A DNA stretch of 64,000 nt, taken from positions 7,812,001 to 7,876,000 of the forward strand of contig OZ176055.1 in the NCBI GenBank assembly GCA_964247055.1, given 5' to 3'. The notes under the pieces were generated by a model. That model saw only the letters and a list, made by a program, of their open reading frames with translations. It searched no databases and was not told where the DNA came from. The translations under genes were made by a program, and so were the position numbers. The stretch is from Paragordius varius. Its lineage: Eukaryota; Animalia; Nematomorpha. Below, one piece after another: positions 37,101 to 49,695 of the stretch; position 1 is the stretch's first letter; every line of letters begins with the position of its first letter.

Positions 37101-40100
37101 AAATAAATTTATTTATATTTGGCGATATTCAGATACTTTAAAAGATGTTTTATATATCTTGATCTTATTTTCAATCTTTGGTGACATAAGTTGTTTGTTA
37201 AAATATAAATAGTTGATGGAAAATAAAATGTCAAACATAAAACCGTAACATGCATTTTTACCTACTCAGATATGTTAACTATATTTAATATATAAGTTAT
37301 CAATGTAAAAAAAATATTTTAAAAAATTCAAAAAACCGTAAGTCATAGTAATTTTTACCTGTATATATCAATGTATCACAAATATATAGTGATAAATATA
37401 TTAGCAAGGTTGAACAAAAAATAAAATTTACTAATTTAATAAAAACCGCAATTTACACAAGTTTTTTAAATGTCCAAAATATTTAGTAATTAATTAAATA
37501 ACAATGATACAAGATACAAAAAATGTTACATTTGAAATTTGTTAAAAACCGCCATTTTCACCTGTATATTTATTAAAATTTCCAAATATGTAGTAATTAA
37601 TTACAATTAACAATATTAAATAAAAAAACAAGAAAATATTAAATTTTATTAAATATTAAAACAACCTCATTTTTTACCTTTATTAATTGAAATGTCCAAA
37701 ATTAATTAATTACAATTAACAATGAAAATCCTCTAAAACAAAAATATTAACTTTTTACTAAATTTTGTAATTATTATAATGTCCAAAATATGCAGTAGTT
37801 AGTTACAATTAACAATGCAAAACCTAAAAAAAACAAAAAAAGCTAAATTTTTACTGAATTTGTTAAAAACCGCAATTTTTACCTGTAATTATTAAAATGT
37901 CCAAAATATGTAGTAGTTAATTACAATTAACAATGCAAAACCTAAAAAAACAAAAAAAACAAAATTTTTACTAAATTTGTTAAAAACCGCAATTTTTACC
38001 TGATAAAAATAATGCTAAACATAAAAGACAAAATTCTACTTAAATTTTCACAAATATATATTTACCTGTGTTTTTTTAATTAGTAATAACAACTATATAA
38101 AATTTTAATACCAAGATTAATTAATACAGGTATTTAGCATGTTGAAAAATATTTATTATTAAATTTAGGAATAATTAACATAAAATATCTTAAAATACGT
38201 ATTTTACTATTTATTAATTTATCAAAGATAAAAACCCACAAAATTCCGCATCTAAATACGTAACAACAATATTACAAATGTTAACATAAATTGCTATAAT
38301 ATTCCCAAAATTTAACATTACAAAATATCCATCAAATTAAAGCCTATGTTAATTCTCACGTCAATCTTCTTTCATATGTGTACTACGAAATAATTTCGTG
38401 GGTCAGTATTTTACGCTTTTGATAAACCATTTATGTTATTTGGCAGGCAATAAAATTACTTAACAGACATTAAAATGCATACTGTAAATGTATAATGAAA
38501 TTAAAACTAAACTACTGTTTTTTATAAAGAGAAGTCGCAAAATTTTTAGGTGGCTAAAAGATTAGGTATGCAAAATTGGAGGTATTAAAAATATATTTCT
38601 TCACAATCCATATTCAAAAATAGAAGCTTAAAATTAGAAATTAATACCTATAATATATAAAATTTGAATCAAGGTTATAAAGAAAAGCATTAGGAATGTA
38701 TATATATTTAATTTTATACCATTACCCAATTTTTTAAAAAAAATATCGTTAAGTTTTTAGGCAAACGTCTTGGACTGGAAAATGTTGTAAAATGAAATAA
38801 AATAATATTAAAATGCGTGATTCTCTCAATCCTTAGAATTAATATTCATTAATCTTTCATAAATCACCACCAAAGTTTCACAAACAAAATTTAATATAAT
38901 TCTTTTCGAATTATCTTAAATTTTAGTGTAAATCCCGGGAAAAATGGGTAAAATAAAAAAATCTAATTTTTTCAATTTTACAGTAAAAACCGAATTTATA
39001 CGGACAAAACGTAAAAAATAAACGCAAATATCTTTTTCCAAAAGACAACCATACTTTTTAAACCCTAAAAATTTTTCTTATATAAATTAAATAAGTACGA
39101 TTGTAAAATATATAATTGATTGTGTCACCAATATATAACATAATTTTATGTTTGCAATTTAAAACAATGAGTTATATTTCAAAAAAATGAAGTTTAAAAA
39201 AGTATGGTTAGGTTGTCTTTTAGAAAAAACTAATATTTTACATTTTTTTGTCCGTGTAAATTTAATTTCTAAAAAAAAGAAATAACCATTCCATATAGTA
39301 AATGTAGAGCACGTCTCCGTATAGAATCATCTTTGTGTTCAGTTAAACAACTAAGCACAATATCTTTATGAGCTTGAACGCTTTTAGGATAACACTTGAG
39401 GATTTTACCCATGGCTAGTAATCCCAAATATTTTACTATAGATAATAATGAAATTGGAAAAGGAATTAAGGTTAAATTAAAAAAAAATGTTAAATTTTAT
39501 AAAATTAATGTTAAATTTGAAAAATGTTAAGTTTTATATAATTAATGTTAAATTTGAAAAATGTTAAACAATTTCAATTATTTTTTTTGAAACAAAAGGT
39601 TTAAAAATATTCAATATTATTTTTGAAAAATGAATAAATTTTTTTTAAAAAATTTACCAGCATGCGCAAAAAAATTAATAAATTTATGAAAAAAAGTAAA
39701 TTTATGATAAATAAAAAATATATATTTTATTTAATATCAAATAATAAAAATGTTATTGGTTTACTATAAATTATCAAAGGATGCTAGTACCAAAATATTT
39801 TGAAATATTTTTATGGAAAAAAAATATATTTTACAATTCTGGTCATTGTCTTCTATAAGGATTCGTAGCTTCTGTAAGCACAGCTAAATTATTATAAAAC
39901 AAATTTAAAATCAAATTTAAAATAATAAATTTTATTTATTAAAAAATCTTAAAAAAAGCCTGTTACCTGAATAGAGGCCGAATGATCGATGGAACTATCA
40001 CCGTTTGAAATGCTGACTAATACTAAAAAAATTAAAAAAATATATACTTTTGAATCTTTTGAAAAATAATATTAAATTTAAAGTTTAAATAAAAAAGAGA

Positions 40101-43100
40101 GGAAAAATTTAAAAATTTTACCTGACAAAAGTGTGTTTATGCATTCATATAAAAGGGACATGGCCGATGTGCTATAGGAAAAAATATCAAATATAAATAT
40201 TAAAACAAAAAAATTCAACTAAAAAAATAAAATACATTAAACAATAAAAATATTAAAAAACAGATTTTTTGATTTATAAATCAATTATTTTTATTTATAA
40301 ATACATAATTCCTTACAGAATCAGTTATAAGAAACATAGATACCTGTGTATAAGATTTGTTAGAGGTTCCAACAATTTTTTGCCTAAACGCGGTTCTATT
40401 GGAGTTAAATTACCAAACTAATGCGAAAAAATCATTTATTATCAATAATTAAATATAAATGAAAATAATATTTTCAGAAAAAATTATTAGCTAAATATTA
40501 TAAAAAATACCATAAAAAAATTTATAATAAAATATATTTAAAAATAACTAAATCCATATAATAAATAAGATACTTTTTTAATATATAAAAATCGAAAAAA
40601 AAAATAAAAAAACATTAAAAAGTAAAACAAAAAAAAGAATATTAATTTGATTAAAAACAATAAAAAAATTTAATACAATAAAAAATTTAAAACAATACCC
40701 AAAATTAACTAATTTTCATCAAATATATTCAAAAGATAAAAAAAATAAAAAAAAAGGTAAATAAAAATACCAATTTAATAATTTTAATCAACATCCAATT
40801 GTTGGTAGAATGCGTCATAAGCTTAAAGAAAAGTGGAGATAGTCCAATGTAATTTGCAGGATTTCGTTTAGCCATTTCACAAATCACATTTACCGCTGCG
40901 CTTTGGACACCTAAATAATTAAATAGATATTTTTTAAATAAAAAATAGTTAACAAAATAATTGAAAAATTATGAGATTAATAAAATTTAAATAAAAAATT
41001 ATAGTTTAAACTATTTATGGAGTTACAATTTCTTATTTTTACGAATAGATTTTTTATTTTTTAGACAAAAATAGATAAACTCAAAAGTTTTAATTAAAAT
41101 TTATAAAAAAAATGTTTTTACAAAAAAAATTCGCACAAATTTCATTCATTTGTTTTAATTAAAATTATTCTTTTGTGCCATATTCGCAAAATACTTAATT
41201 ATTAATATATCCTATCTTGAAATAAAATTTTGCCGGTACCGCATTGTTTTACATCAAAAAAAAAATAAAATATATTAGATTTTATGCAGAATTTATTATA
41301 ATTAGCTAACTTTGATCAGAATCCTCTAATTTTTCGCGCATTTTATTAAATGCGCTTTCCAAGCATTCGGGATATTGTAAAAATATTTTATACATCATAA
41401 GGATGGCTCGTTTTCGGACATAGGGTTTGGTTGAAGACATCTAACATTAAAAAGGTAAAAGTATTTTTACAACAAACGTATTTTAAAAATTTAACCAATT
41501 TAAGTTGGTTTTACAAAGTAATTTCAAAAGTTAAAAAAAGTAAATTAAAAACAAAATGTTGTATTAATTGTTTTCGCTTAGTTATATTTTTACGCAAGTT
41601 TCGAATAAATAAATTCGATTTGGTTGAATCCACACAACTCCAATTAATTTATTAAAATTTAACACACTTAATTCTAGATAAAATTGAAACACGAAAATTT
41701 ACAAGAGTGAATAAAACAATAAAAAATATTTTTAAAGATAAAAAAATCTACATATTAAAAAAAATAGTTTTAAAAAATTTTAAAAACCAAAAAAAATTTA
41801 CCAAAGCAATAACATCTGTACATAAATCTCGGGCTAAATCACTCGTGACAAAACATGAGAGGCCGGAAAGGGCCATGCCCGATTCGTATTGGTTATGACT
41901 GTTTATGTCCTAAAAATCATGTAAAAAATCAAAAATAAAAATAATCAATATATAATATAGTATTTTATTATTAATTGAATATATATTAGTATTAATATAA
42001 ATGTTGAAAATTTCTTATACATAAATTTTTAAAAATTAAAGACATCATATTAGTTATAATGTAAGCAATCTTATTAATAGTATGCCCTAAAAATTAAAAA
42101 ATAAAGTTTAGAATTCAAAAATGATATTTAGGCATTTATACAAAAAAATTTTATTTTATCAAAATACTAATTTTAACTATGGAAACATAATGCCTATAGA
42201 AAAATATTTAGTCTGAACCATATAACTAGTTCCAATACTGGACAACAAATTTTTCTGCCACTCGAGTTTTTTGAATTTTCTGATAGTATCATTTTAACAG
42301 TAAATCTGAAATAAAAATTATAACTCGATGGAAGAATTTTGTAAAATTTGATTTTTTTGATTATGCGCCCTATTTATAAAAATTTTACTAAAAAATATTT
42401 TTCTTCGAAAATATACAAGTAATGCCCATTTGTTATAATATCATTCGAAAGAGCAATAAAAACTCTATAAAATGCATAACAATATGTATTACATCGACAA
42501 TTTATATTGGACTCAAAGAGCGACAAACGCTCGAAGCGAGAGCATTTTTTTTAATTATTATATTTTTAAAACTAATGGATGAAAATAGCTTAAACTTTGT
42601 TTAGATGGTGATGAATGTCCAAAAAAGATAACACAAGAAAGTTTTTTTGATTAAAACATTTTTTTATTGCTTTTATGTCACTCAAAACAGCCATTTTTAA
42701 GTTTTTTGTTTTTTTAAAAATTACCATCTCATCAATATTAATTTATTTTCTTTACAAGGCTGATAATTTCAAAATTTTAAAGGTAAAAACAAAGCTTAAG
42801 GTATTTTTGATCTTTTATAGCCATTATGTAATAAATTTACAGTAATAACTATGCATTTTAGTATCCACTAGGTATAATATTTATAATAATAATTTTTATT
42901 AAAAAAGCAAACCAAAAGCTTTTTCAAACATTTTTTTCAATTAAATACTAATATAACCCTAATAATTATATTAAAAAAATTTATATGATCTTGACTTATT
43001 TAAGGATTGAAAATTTCGACCATTTAAATCCAAATAACTTTTACTCAGATTGATTTAAATGACTTACTACCATTTAAAAGATGCAGTTTTTTGCGCTCTT

Positions 43101-43934
43101 TCAAATGATATAAAATACATGGCTTCATATCTAAAACTTTTAATTTACGAAATTTAGAGTTTAATGTTAAATCGGGGCCAAAAATTATCGATAAACTCTA
43201 ATATATAAAAATTCTTCCATGCTAGACCAATTTTCTTTTCAGATATACTAATTATGTACTTTAATGAAATAAATTTTAAATTTACAAGAATGGCAGTTAA
43301 AAAAAGTTAAAATTTGTTGTCTAATGTAATTGAACTAAAAAAATAAAAGACATTATTTTTCAGTATATGCTATTAAAAATTTAAAAAATTATGTAAAAAG
43401 TTGGCTGTAAAATTGTATTTCCGAATATATAAATAAATAGTCGCACCTTTTTTATAATATTGGTAGCAAGCATGAGAACGTCCAACTTATCGTGAAAACT
43501 CTGTGCGGCTGCCAAATATGCTATACGCTAATAATTAAAATTAGCAATTATAATTAAATTTAAATTTTAAAAATATGAAATGATTGTGTTACTTTGTGGA
43601 CAAATTTAACTGAGCTCATAACTTCTATGATGTTGAAGGCGGCCCAGTGTACATTATATCCAATCATATTCAGCTAAAAATTTAATTTATCTTATACGTA
43701 AATAAGTTTCGCAATTGCCATTGCTTTTACAGTCATATTGTCTTGTCTTAATTCATTTTTGATCTCATCCAAACATTGTGTTATAAATTTGGACTAATTT
43801 TTAAAATAATCATTAAATTAAACTTCATTTTCCTTATTATTTCGAATACCGCGTATCATATCACTAAGATTCTTCTCAAAAAGCTTGTCAATATTATCTT
43901 TGACTCGTTTAATAATAATATTTTCGGGATTCAT
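20260..43934 (-). CDS. AP3D1: AP-3 complex subunit delta-1, more than 20 exons
   Basis: ATG at 43934 (MNPENIIIKRVKDNIDKLFEKNLSDMIRGIRNNKENE), then SKFITQCLDEIKNELRQD, WAAFNIIEVMSS, RIAYLAAAQSF, LARDL, TKPYVRKRA, GVQSAAVNVICE, TNNWMLIKIIKL, EPRLGKKL, STSAMSLLYEC, QKLRILIED, KYLGLLAM, YRDDLIRNII...DFEWY, ICGEYS, NNPHYLK, all collinear with AP3D1. Last exons (20496-20549, 20260-20368) are less certain. Confidence 0.95.
22985..23019. repeat. (AT)n microsatellite
   Basis: Perfect run in an AP3D1 intron. Confidence 0.95.
24857..25186. repeat. Cluster of three microsatellites: (AT)n, (TA)n and compound (TA)n(TG)n
   Basis: Runs at 24857-24888, 24948-24973 and 25141-25186 within one intron. Confidence 0.95.
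26713..27207. mobile_element. MITE family D, 495 bp
   Basis: TA|CCTTTTGGGGTAG..TATATCCCGGAGC and GCTCTGGGATATA..TACCCCAAAAGG|TA are imperfect inverted repeats; an inverted second copy lies at about 58525-58880. Confidence 0.65.
28174..28498. mobile_element. MITE family B
   Basis: About four left and three right 21-bp units; right end CTGTAAATGGTG|TA; left terminus eroded. Confidence 0.85.
29990..31190. repeat. About 114-bp tandem array with a 342-bp three-monomer higher-order repeat
   Basis: The variant GTAAAAATTTCGG recurs at 30221, 30563 and 30905 (period 342) with two other fixed variants in between. Confidence 0.9.
31420..32467 (-). mobile_element. Non-autonomous Helitron, 1048 bp
   Basis: On the - strand: A|TCTATATATTTATAAAAATGG start, a 10-bp GC-rich hairpin (31428-31450), then CTAG|T end, no TSD. 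Absent from the opposite foldback arm. Two internal direct repeats at about 31624-31945 and 32076-32435. Confidence 0.88.
34802..38484. mobile_element. Foldback element 2, 3683 bp, TA-flanked
   Basis: TA|CAGTATGCATTTTAATG ... CATTAAAATGCATACTG|TA; arms about 34802-36550 and 36690-38484 around a spacer of about 140 bp; the same 114-bp monomers; inner arms differ from element 1. Confidence 0.9.
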
Positions 43935-46737
43935 TTGTTCGTGTAATTTGCTTGCCTACGAATGCACCTTATGGTATTTAATTTTTAGCGACATAAAAAC
44001 TTATTGGAAACGGCTGTTACGGTATATAAAAAATAAGAACATTTTTATAAAACTATAAATAAATTCAGCATTTACTGAGAAAATGGCATAGTTATTAGTC
44101 TGTAAGACGGTGTATCCCGTTATAATCATCCAGCCTTATTTGAAAGCTTGTATGAAAATGTAATTTAATACAAGCAGCTTCATGAATAAAATTAAAGATA
44201 TCTTAATCTAACAAATAAAATTTTTAGTCAAAATCTCGAGTTAGCTGATAGATAATTATTTATCCACCCGATTTACACAGTCAAAAAATTTTGACATTAC
44301 ACTTCTTAATTTTTTGGCAATTAGTATCAACCAATGATTTGTCAATATAAACAGCTACAGATTTGGGGTACAAAAAAAATTCTGATTAGATATATATCTT
44401 TTAATAAAATATACACCGGGAGTTTCATGGTGCTTTGGTTTGGGGCTAGCATCTAATTTCGGTAATTTAAGTCAAAATATCACAAAATTAGCGCACATTT
44501 GCAAAAGTTTTTTGGTAAATGCTGAACGCTTCATTTCAAAAAATATTATTAAAATTTAAGACCTTTTGTAGTAGTTTTTCCCAGAGCAATTTTAAATTTG
44601 AATATTTTAAGTTATAAAAACGACTCTCGCATTTGACGTATTCGTAAATAAATCTATTTTTGAAAACAAATGACCCGGCACGTTTTTTAAAAACATGTTT
44701 CAAATCCGAATTTCGTAGACTTCTATTTTTAAACAACTGTTTCATGGGATAGGAAATTGAAGGGCTAAATCAAAAAAACAGTTAAGTTATTAGCGCCTTT
44801 TAAAATGAATAAAAAATGAAAGAGCCCAAACAAAGCTCACAGATTTTAACTAATATACACAGTGCGCAAAATGGGGGAAAATATCCTGAATATATATTTT
44901 GATTGATAATTCTATTATTATTTGCCTTTTGTTTTCCTTAGCTGCCGTTTCTAAAATCACGCGAAATACCGCACATTCTGCTAAATAATATTTTATTAAA
45001 TGCTTTATTCCACAAAATATTATTAACTATATTTTAAAAGAAAAACAATATTTTTATAAAATATTAATTTTCAAATGTGAGCATCAAAAATATTAAATTT
45101 AGCCTCGCTTAAATAAACTTATTTCTTAAACACTTGAATACAACACACTCATTTTAGTCCTTCGATTCAAATTGGGGTAGTTAAATAACCAAAACCTGTT
45201 TAAAATTAGAATAAAAAATATGGTAGGAATCAAAACCATGGCATATAAATTTATAAACCGACGTATATAAAAAAAATTATTCAAAAATACTTGATATTAC
45301 TTATTTTAGGCTAAAAGATAGGTAAAAATTTAGTCAACGTGACATGTGTGCAATGGTAAAATTATACAAAACAAACCGCTTTTTATATTTCTATCAATGT
45401 TAGATGTAATATAAATAAAAAACTAGCTTAATTTTACCCTTTAAATTAAATGAAGACGATATTTTGCGAAAATTTTGTAAAATAATGGCGTCGATAGTTT
45501 AACATGAAACTTTTATTTCAAGAAAAAATTTTATTTTATTTTGGCATATTTATATAATTTTTATTAGGAAACCATAAATTTAAATTGGGACCGTTTCGTT
45601 CAGTAGTATTTTAAAAATCTTAACTCAAATTTAGTCTGGGGTAAGATAACCCAATTTGAATCGAAGTGTTAATATAAACGGAAATATGTCGATTTTGCGA
45701 TAAGAATTTTTAATATATAATAGATTATAACTATAAAAATATTAATGAAAATATTTACAATCAATGTTTAAGCATTTTTATCGTTATTTTTGCTTAACTC
45801 AATGTATAAGAAAAATTAACTTAAATTTAAGCCGTAGAATCCAAAAAAACACGATAATTTGCGAAAAAGTTTTTAAATCAAACTAAAAATCTTTGATGTG
45901 GTTCTTTTTCTCAAAACTGTATATTTTAGTTTATTTATTAAAGAATAAATCACAAAGTTTAAATAAAACTGACCTTAATATTTCTCAACAATATATATAT
46001 TTAAAATTGACTTGAGTTAACTAATTACGCAAATTCGGAACAAATGTTAGTAAAATTTGCGAATTATTAAGTTTTAATAATTAAAAACAGTTTTTATGAT
46101 CATAATATCTCAAAAATGATTATGAAATACTATAAATTGGTTATTCCATCCATCGTTTTCGTCACACCTGTAAAAATAATTTAAAACATCTATCTCTGAT
46201 TCTTATTTCAGTTAATAAAAAAGTACCGACATATTCACATAGAATCAACCGCGTTTTTAAGTTTAAATTTGGTTCAGCTTAATTTAAATATTAAAAAATA
46301 ATTCGATTGTATATAATTGAGCTTTTTACATGATATATTTTGTGAATTAAATATAACATCAATTGTATTTAATATAACATGATATCCTTAACCTTGGCCT
46401 GCTTAGGTCCTTACCAATTCTAATAGCATAACACGGACTACCTTTTTATAGATAAAATTTCAATTTTTTTATGAAATATTTTGTATTAGACTTTTTTTAC
46501 TTTGTACTTGGCCATCACTAAAATGAGACGTGGATTGTATTTTAACCCAAAATTAGTGCATTTCTAGCATTTATATAAGTCATTTTTGCGGCCATCGCTT
46601 TAAAGGCGCTCTTTTAGCAAAGATTAATAATTAAAAACAATTTGGAAACATTGTTTATTATAAACCATTATTTATTGTAAATAATATTTCTAAATGTTAT
46701 GATTTTAAAATATCGAAATATGGAACAAAGCATTCAT

Positions 46738-48639
46738 TCAACCGGCCCATTGATAAAATTTGGGTTTAACTGCTTTAAGAATGGTGTGCTTCAACATTTC
46801 CTGGGCTACCAAACGACTTAATTCCAATTTAAGATCTGAAGCTTGAAGGGCAGAAATCAGATTCCCACCATCCACATTAACATTAAGACGTGTCGTAGTC
46901 TTTCTCAAGCGTGGGTTATTATCATTTTCATTAATCATATCATCTCCGTATAAATATCTCGGTTTTAGTGTTATATATTTCTTACTACCAGCCAATAAAT
47001 GAGTTAACCTGAAATTCATAGTGTGTGGTTTAATCCTAGAAATTATATCATTGTTGGTAAATTCAGCATTTTGCATAGGAGTGTAAGTAGGACGTTCAGC
47101 ATTCTCCGAATTATATTTCTTATTAAACGTTAATATGTTACCAAGTACAAAGCGTTGTCTATCCAATGTTGCTGCAATCTTTTTATTGTTATCACCGTGG
47201 GAAACAATGTTGGAATCAGGAGGTTGGTTATGTTTTTCATGGTTATCATTACCAACTTCTTTATCCTGCGTACTTCTTTCAGCGTTTAAAATATCCTTGA
47301 ATTTATATCCTTTGACCTTTTTAGAGGGTCTCTCTATTTTTTCTTCGGACATATCCGGATGCTCTTCAATTTTTACCTTATTTTCGCCATCCGTTTTATC
47401 TTGGGTGTTTTTCGAATCGGATTTACTTGATTTAAACTGCTTGGGAAGCATGTTCGACCTCGATTTTGATGAGAAAGGGAGTCTTAACCTTATCAAACTT
47501 AATATGTTGCGCAATTTTTCCATCCTTTCAAACGATTGTTCTGGTTCATGTACGCGAGCTGTTATAAGTTGGATTTTTTTATCATTTATCGCATTATGAT
47601 TTTCATCGATTGCATCCTCGTTTTTATTGTCACTAATCTTCTCTTGGGCTGTTGGATCACTATTTCCAATATTTTTGTCCTTATCATGATTTTTTTCAGT
47701 ATTAGTATCAATATTATTGATTTCATTTAAATTCATATCAGGCGGAGGTAATAAACTATTTTCATTAACATCCCCGAAAAAGGGAAATCGTTTAATTCCA
47801 CCCAACTCCGAAATTAAAGCTTGTTTTCTGGCCTCATATTCTCGGCGGAGGGATTCGGTCGTAAACCTAGCATCTATTTGCCTCGGTTTTTCAGATGTTC
47901 TGGGTGAATGCAACAATGTTGATGAAGTTTTGTATTCTTTATCGTTTTCTGAACTTTGCTGAGGTGACTTTATTACATCTTTTAGTTTTGCATCATTTGG
48001 CAGTTTTGGGGTAAAGGTTCGATACGATACAGGTAGCGGGCTCCGATTCGAGTCAACATTTTCTAACAATACTTTTGCACGGGGTTGCGCGGTATAGCTG
48101 TTGCTTGAAATTTTAACAAACAAATCATTCGGTTTTGGTGACATTGTTGTTGTTATTGCATAGGTGGTCGACTGAGTTACGAAATCGTCGCTATCATCTA
48201 AATAACCATCGGTCGACTTTTCATTCTTATCATCCTCATCAATAATATTGTTATCAATTAATAGCCTCTTACGATTAATTTCTAAGTTTTCAATCATGGC
48301 TGATTGAGTTGTAGTATATGCCTTTGGAGGTATAGGAGTAGTTCGAGACGGAAGTCGAAATGTTTGATAAACACCTGGTCTGTAAACCTTTTCTCGGTAG
48401 CTTTGGAGAGGTATTGGCTTTTTTGCTGGACAAAGTCGAATGGTTCCGTCAGAATTGATATAATATTTTCGTGTGTTTATAGTTTTTATCATATTCCCTC
48501 CATTTACAATGTCCATTTCTTGATAATAATTTTGGTTGCTAGCTGAAACTGCTTTAGTATGCCAAAAAAATTGGGCAATTAGGAGAAGATGAAATATTAT
48601 CCAGATACATTTTGTTACGCTGGATAAGTTACAAAACAT
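46738..48639 (-). CDS. Orphan protein with N-terminal hydrophobic signal-peptide-like segment; 633-codon open exon that may splice on to small downstream exons
   Basis: 1.9-kb stop-free ORF in AT-rich DNA; MFCNLSSVTKCIWIIFHLLLIAQFFWHTKAVSA, then T/S/P-rich and D/N/K/E-rich segments. A possible GT donor lies in the last codons, and coding-like AG..GT-bounded patches occur at about 46.4, 46.2, 45.0, 44.6 and 44.1 kb. Confidence 0.75.
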   Translation of the reverse strand: MFCNLSSVTKCIWIIFHLLLIAQFFWHTKAVSASNQNYYQEMDIVNGGNMIKTINTRKYYINSDGTIRLCPAKKPIPLQSYREKVYRPGVYQTFRLPSRTTPIPPKAYTTTQSAMIENLEINRKRLLIDNNIIDEDDKNEKSTDGYLDDSDDFVTQSTTYAITTTMSPKPNDLFVKISSNSYTAQPRAKVLLENVDSNRSPLPVSYRTFTPKLPNDAKLKDVIKSPQQSSENDKEYKTSSTLLHSPRTSEKPRQIDARFTTESLRREYEARKQALISELGGIKRFPFFGDVNENSLLPPPDMNLNEINNIDTNTEKNHDKDKNIGNSDPTAQEKISDNKNEDAIDENHNAINDKKIQLITARVHEPEQSFERMEKLRNILSLIRLRLPFSSKSRSNMLPKQFKSSKSDSKNTQDKTDGENKVKIEEHPDMSEEKIERPSKKVKGYKFKDILNAERSTQDKEVGNDNHEKHNQPPDSNIVSHGDNNKKIAATLDRQRFVLGNILTFNKKYNSENAERPTYTPMQNAEFTNNDIISRIKPHTMNFRLTHLLAGSKKYITLKPRYLYGDDMINENDNNPRLRKTTTRLNVNVDGGNLISALQASDLKLELSRLVAQEMLKHTILKAVKPKFYQWAG

Positions 48640-49526
48640 TTTTTTTTTGCAAAAAAAAGAAAATAATTTTTATGAACCAAAATTTATTATAAATACATAT
48701 GAAAAAGTTTCCAAGTAATATATTTTGCGTTTTAGCTACTATGTAGTTGTCCTTGATAGAAAATTCTCCCAAATATGTTTAGCTGAAAAAAAGAGGGAGA
48801 GATTAACCAAATCAATAAATCTCAATGCTCTTTATTTCTTCCTGTAATATCTGATATTAAGAAGCCTTTTACGTTTATGTTTTATAGTATTAAGTAGAAT
48901 GCGGAAATCGTTTCGCTTAATAAAAAATTTAAATTTTTTTATACCATTGTGCCGATTAAAATCAGTTAATTTGTTTAAAAAAACATTTTAGCATTTATGT
49001 GGAATTAGACAAAGAAAACTAATTTAATAAATATAAGTAATTTATTGATAAAATTTATTTTCAGATCAATTACAATATATAGATAGATACAATCTTGTAT
49101 ATGTAATTTATTATATTATACAAATATACCTTTTTAAACATAACTTAAAATTTTCAGATCCCCCTTTCGTTCGTATGTATCGTTATTATTTTATTTCTAA
49201 GTAATACGGTCATTAAAAATACAATTAGTTTAAAATATATATTTTTTAATTTTTAATTAACAATATCTGTAATCAATATCCAAAGTTTAATAATAAAATA
49301 ATGGATTATGAGATCTAAAATATGCGTTAGAATAATAAATAATATAAGAATTTCATCTTAAAATTTAAAAAATAATGGTTGCAGTTTTTTACGATACTAT
49401 TTTAGTGTATTATGTAAGGTGTGAAAAAATATTTAAAGTGTATATTTTATTTTTAGGTATTCAGCGCATATCACATCGAATATGAAAAAATAGCCTAATG
49501 TGTATATCAGTTAGATAATGTATTTA

Positions 49527-49695
49527 CAGTATGCATTTTAATGGTTGCTTATTTCACACTATAGTTGGGCAATTTGCAACACAGAAAAAAGAAAGGAATA
49601 AATTATTTATTAAACATTTGTTTGCTTTTGCCATACACGACTGTTGCAATTGCTCTACTAAAGTGTGAAATAAGCAACCATTAAAATGCATACTG
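49527..49695. mobile_element. 169-bp MITE with the same termini as the foldback elements
   Basis: TA|CAGTATGCATTTTAATGGTTGCTTATTTCACACT ... AGTGTGAAATAAGCAACCATTAAAATGCATACTG|TA; perfect 34-bp TIRs. Confidence 0.93.

Noticed and set aside
47135-48546. + strand ORFs opposite the 633-aa gene (likewise 4677-5102, 7183-7494, 21600-21797, 24318-24611, 56248-56430)
   Set aside because: Antisense shadows of real coding exons, with no independent homology.
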